The notes under the pieces: model-generated
Told to the model about the DNA's origin: nothing
Databases searched by the model: none
Seen by the model: only the letters and a program-made list of their open reading frames with translations
Made by a program: the position numbers and the translations under genes
NCBI GenBank assembly: GCA_050014195.1
Contig: JBEKDT010000013.1
Location: forward strand, 64,001-128,000
DNA: 64,000 nucleotides
Direction of reading: 5' to 3'
From: Desulfomonilia bacterium
GTDB taxonomy: Bacteria; Desulfobacterota; Desulfomonilia; UBA1062
Shown: piece by piece, positions 61,512 through 64,000 of the stretch
How the letters are laid out: each line of letters starts with the position of its first letter
Numbering within the stretch: position 1 is the stretch's first letter

Positions 61512-62141
61512 ATGACATATGAACAGGATGAGAAAAGAAGCGAAACACGAAAGCGGATCCTGGAGGCGGCAAAGGATGTGTTTGCCGAAAAAGGATTTGC
61601 CGGTGCACGTGTGGATGAGATCGCCCGCAAGGCTTATGTCAACAAGGCCGCACTGTATTATCACATCGGAGATAAGAAGGCCCTTTATGCAGAGGCAATC
61701 CACAATGTTATCGGTACTGCGTCGGAAAGGCTTGCAAAAGACATCGGGGGAGCACGAACACCCCAGGACAAGATAAAGACATACCTCAGGACACTCGCCA
61801 CCACCTTTGATGAAAACCCACAGTTACCACGCATGATGATGAGGGAGATGGCTTCCGGAGGACAAAACATTCCAGAGGTCTTCTTCCAGGATCTCTTTTC
61901 CATCATTCGTGTCTTGAGCGGGATCATAGAAGAAGGGAAATCCCAGGGCGTGTTTATTGACACACCCCCGCTTCTGGTTCACTTCATGGCAATCGGTGCG
62001 ACGGTAATTTACAAGATTTTTGCCCCTATCCTTCTAGCAGCACAGCAAGTCCCTGATAATCTGAAAGGGATAGACGAGGATGTATCAGGAAAGATTGCAA
62101 ATGAAATAGAGAATCTTATTCTGAATGCGATTAGGAAGTGA
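61512..62141 (+). CDS. TetR-family regulator
   Basis: ILEAAKDVFAEKGFAGARVDEIA..VNKAALYYH; GGAG RBS before ATG 61512. Confidence 0.92.
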   Translation: MTYEQDEKRSETRKRILEAAKDVFAEKGFAGARVDEIARKAYVNKAALYYHIGDKKALYAEAIHNVIGTASERLAKDIGGARTPQDKIKTYLRTLATTFDENPQLPRMMMREMASGGQNIPEVFFQDLFSIIRVLSGIIEEGKSQGVFIDTPPLLVHFMAIGATVIYKIFAPILLAAQQVPDNLKGIDEDVSGKIANEIENLILNAIRK

Positions 62142-62164
62142 CTGGTTACTAACCAGGAGGTAAC

Positions 62165-63175
62165 GTGAAAAAACGCATCGTCATCATAACCTTCATCACA
62201 TTGCTCCTTGGCGTGAGCGTTCTTGTGTACTATGCGCAGCAAAGTTCCAAGAATGGGGGGATATACTATTCGGGCACGATCGAGGCCATAGAGTCCAACC
62301 TTGCATTTCAGGCTTCAGGACATGTTATGGTCGTACAGGCCGAGGAGGGCAAAGCCGTCAATAAAGGTCAGGTGCTTGCAGAGCTTGACAACGCAGAGTT
62401 CCAGTCAAGACTTGAGCAGGCAAATGCCGGCCTGGACAAGGCAATAAAGGCAAAGGAGCAGGTTGAGGAACTTCTTGGTATCTATACCGATACGCTGCCG
62501 GAGGATGTCAAACGGGCCGAGGCCGATGTAGCTGTGGCACGGAACACAATGCTCGATGCACAGAAGAATAATATCAGATTCGAAGATCTGTTTAAGAAAG
62601 GCGTTATTGCAGAACAAGAACGGGATACCATAAGACTCGGTTTTGAAAATGCGCAATCAAAACTGAATGAATCCGAGGCGGCCCTGAAACAGGCAAAGAG
62701 CAACCTCAAAAAGATCGATACGACAAAGAAGGATATCGAGTCTGCACAGGCTGCCATCGATCTTGCCAAGGCAACCCTCGACCAGGCGCGGATCCAACTT
62801 GGCTACACAAAGCTTATAGCGCCGTATTCAGGCATAATCACCAGCAGGAATGTTGAGCCCGGTGAGGTGGTAAGCCCCGGCAGGGAGGTTATTACCATGT
62901 CGGACCTCTCCAGGGTAGACCTGAAGATCTTCGTCGATGAGACCGATATCGCCAAGGTTAAGCCCGGAGGCAAGGTAGAGGTGAAGGTCGATACCTTCAA
63001 AGACAAGGTATTTACCGGGTGGGTCTCCTATGTCTCTCCTGACGCCGAATTCACACCTAAAATTATCCAGACGAAAAAGGAACGGGTGAAGCTCGTTTAC
63101 CTTGTGAAGGTCTCCGTGCTCAACCCTGATCATGAGCTGAAGACAGGGATGCCTGCCGATGCCTACCTTAAATAA
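62165..63175 (+). CDS. HlyD-family efflux adaptor (YbhG-like)
   Basis: SGTIEA, coiled coil, EPGEVV, AEFTPKIIQT, LKTGMPAD. Confidence 0.92.
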   Translation: MKKRIVIITFITLLLGVSVLVYYAQQSSKNGGIYYSGTIEAIESNLAFQASGHVMVVQAEEGKAVNKGQVLAELDNAEFQSRLEQANAGLDKAIKAKEQVEELLGIYTDTLPEDVKRAEADVAVARNTMLDAQKNNIRFEDLFKKGVIAEQERDTIRLGFENAQSKLNESEAALKQAKSNLKKIDTTKKDIESAQAAIDLAKATLDQARIQLGYTKLIAPYSGIITSRNVEPGEVVSPGREVITMSDLSRVDLKIFVDETDIAKVKPGGKVEVKVDTFKDKVFTGWVSYVSPDAEFTPKIIQTKKERVKLVYLVKVSVLNPDHELKTGMPADAYLK

Positions 63176-63923
63176 CGATTTTATCAAGCTGGAAAATGTT
63201 TCCATGACCTTTGGGCAGACCCAGGCTGTCAGGGATGTAAATCTGAGTGTAGCCAAGGGGACCATCTTCGGACTCGTGGGGTCTGACGGGGCCGGCAAGT
63301 CGACGCTGCTCAGGATGATCGCCACCATGATCAGGCCCGGTTCGGGCACTATTTCCATCGGCGGCAACGACGTTGTGGACCAGCGATGGAAGATCAAACC
63401 GCTCATCGGCTACATGCCCCAGCGCTTCGGACTCTACCAGGACCTGAGTGTGGAAGAGAACATGGACTTTTTCATGGATATCTTCGGTATCAGGGGCAAG
63501 GAGAGGGCCAAGAGAAAAGAGAAGTATCTCGGATTTTCCAATCTGCTCCCCTACCTCGATCGCCTATCGGGTAACCTCTCGGGGGGCATGAAGCAGAAGC
63601 TGGGCCTTGCATGCGTCCTCGCACACGAGCCCGAGGCTCTGATACTCGATGAGCCCACCAATGGGGTGGACCCGGTATCGCGCAAGGAATTCTGGGACAT
63701 TCTCCTGCAGATGAAATCCGAGGGCATGACCATCATGGTCTCTACCGCATATCTTGATGAAGGTGAGAAATGCGACCTGCTCGGACTCATGCACAAGTCC
63801 CACCTCCTTGCCGTTGCAACCCCTAAGGATATCCGCGCAAGGTTCGCGAACCTGGAAGAGGCCATGATTGCGCGTATCCAGGATGTGGACAAGGAACTCA
63901 TCCATGACACGTTCAAACGATGA
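63159..63923 (+). CDS. ABC transporter ATP-binding protein (YbhF-like, first ATPase)
   Basis: GSDGAGKS, LSGGMKQK, ILDEPT. Confidence 0.93.
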   Translation: MPTLNNDFIKLENVSMTFGQTQAVRDVNLSVAKGTIFGLVGSDGAGKSTLLRMIATMIRPGSGTISIGGNDVVDQRWKIKPLIGYMPQRFGLYQDLSVEENMDFFMDIFGIRGKERAKRKEKYLGFSNLLPYLDRLSGNLSGGMKQKLGLACVLAHEPEALILDEPTNGVDPVSRKEFWDILLQMKSEGMTIMVSTAYLDEGEKCDLLGLMHKSHLLAVATPKDIRARFANLEEAMIARIQDVDKELIHDTFKR

Positions 63924-64000
63924 CGTGATCCTTGTGAAGGACCTTGAGAAGAGGTTCGGCGACTTTGTCGCAGTGAACAGGATTTCCTTCTCGGTGAAGA
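63904..64000 (+). CDS. second ABC ATP-binding protein (runs off right edge)
   Basis: MTRSNDDVILVKDLEKRFGDFVAVNRISFSVK. Confidence 0.8.
   Translation, partial: MTRSNDDVILVKDLEKRFGDFVAVNRISFSVK

Noticed and set aside
1-64000. CRISPR arrays, IS elements, integrases, prophage, rRNA
   Set aside because: No regularly spaced repeats, transposase/integrase motifs or rRNA-like sequence seen; tRNA-Val has no adjacent integrase or visible duplicated 3' end

Overview
Bacterial chromosomal window, most likely from an anaerobic deltaproteobacterium (Desulfobacterota-like). This is inferred from the etfBA/Fe-S oxidoreductase operon, the tRNA-Val-thrS-infC-rpmI-rplT-pheST arrangement and the protein styles. 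The first ~37.7 kb is a mosaic, largely AT-rich glycosylation island. It has nucleotide-sugar genes (rfbA/C/D, gmd-fcl, wecE/wecD-like), GT2/GT4 transferases, acyl- and methyltransferases. Interleaved with these are four TMTC-like (GT-C membrane domain + TPR) paralogues, a fifth GT-C+TPR of another family, a YfhO-like GT-C with a lectin-type domain, five polyprenyl-phosphate-sugar synthase-type GT2s, a candidate flippase and two Ser/Thr-rich lipoproteins. No Wzx/Wzy/Wzm-Wzt or initiating phosphoglycosyltransferase is visible. The best candidate for an undescribed system is therefore a modular bacterial TMTC-type protein glycosylation locus; fragments of further paralogues suggest ongoing gene turnover. 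The remaining ~26 kb is more GC-rich core genome: fatty-acid/energy metabolism, translation operon, mazG, ArnT-like transferase and a TetR-HlyD-ABC efflux operon. No IS, prophage, CRISPR or rRNA was seen. All calls come from motif recognition by eye; no searches were run.
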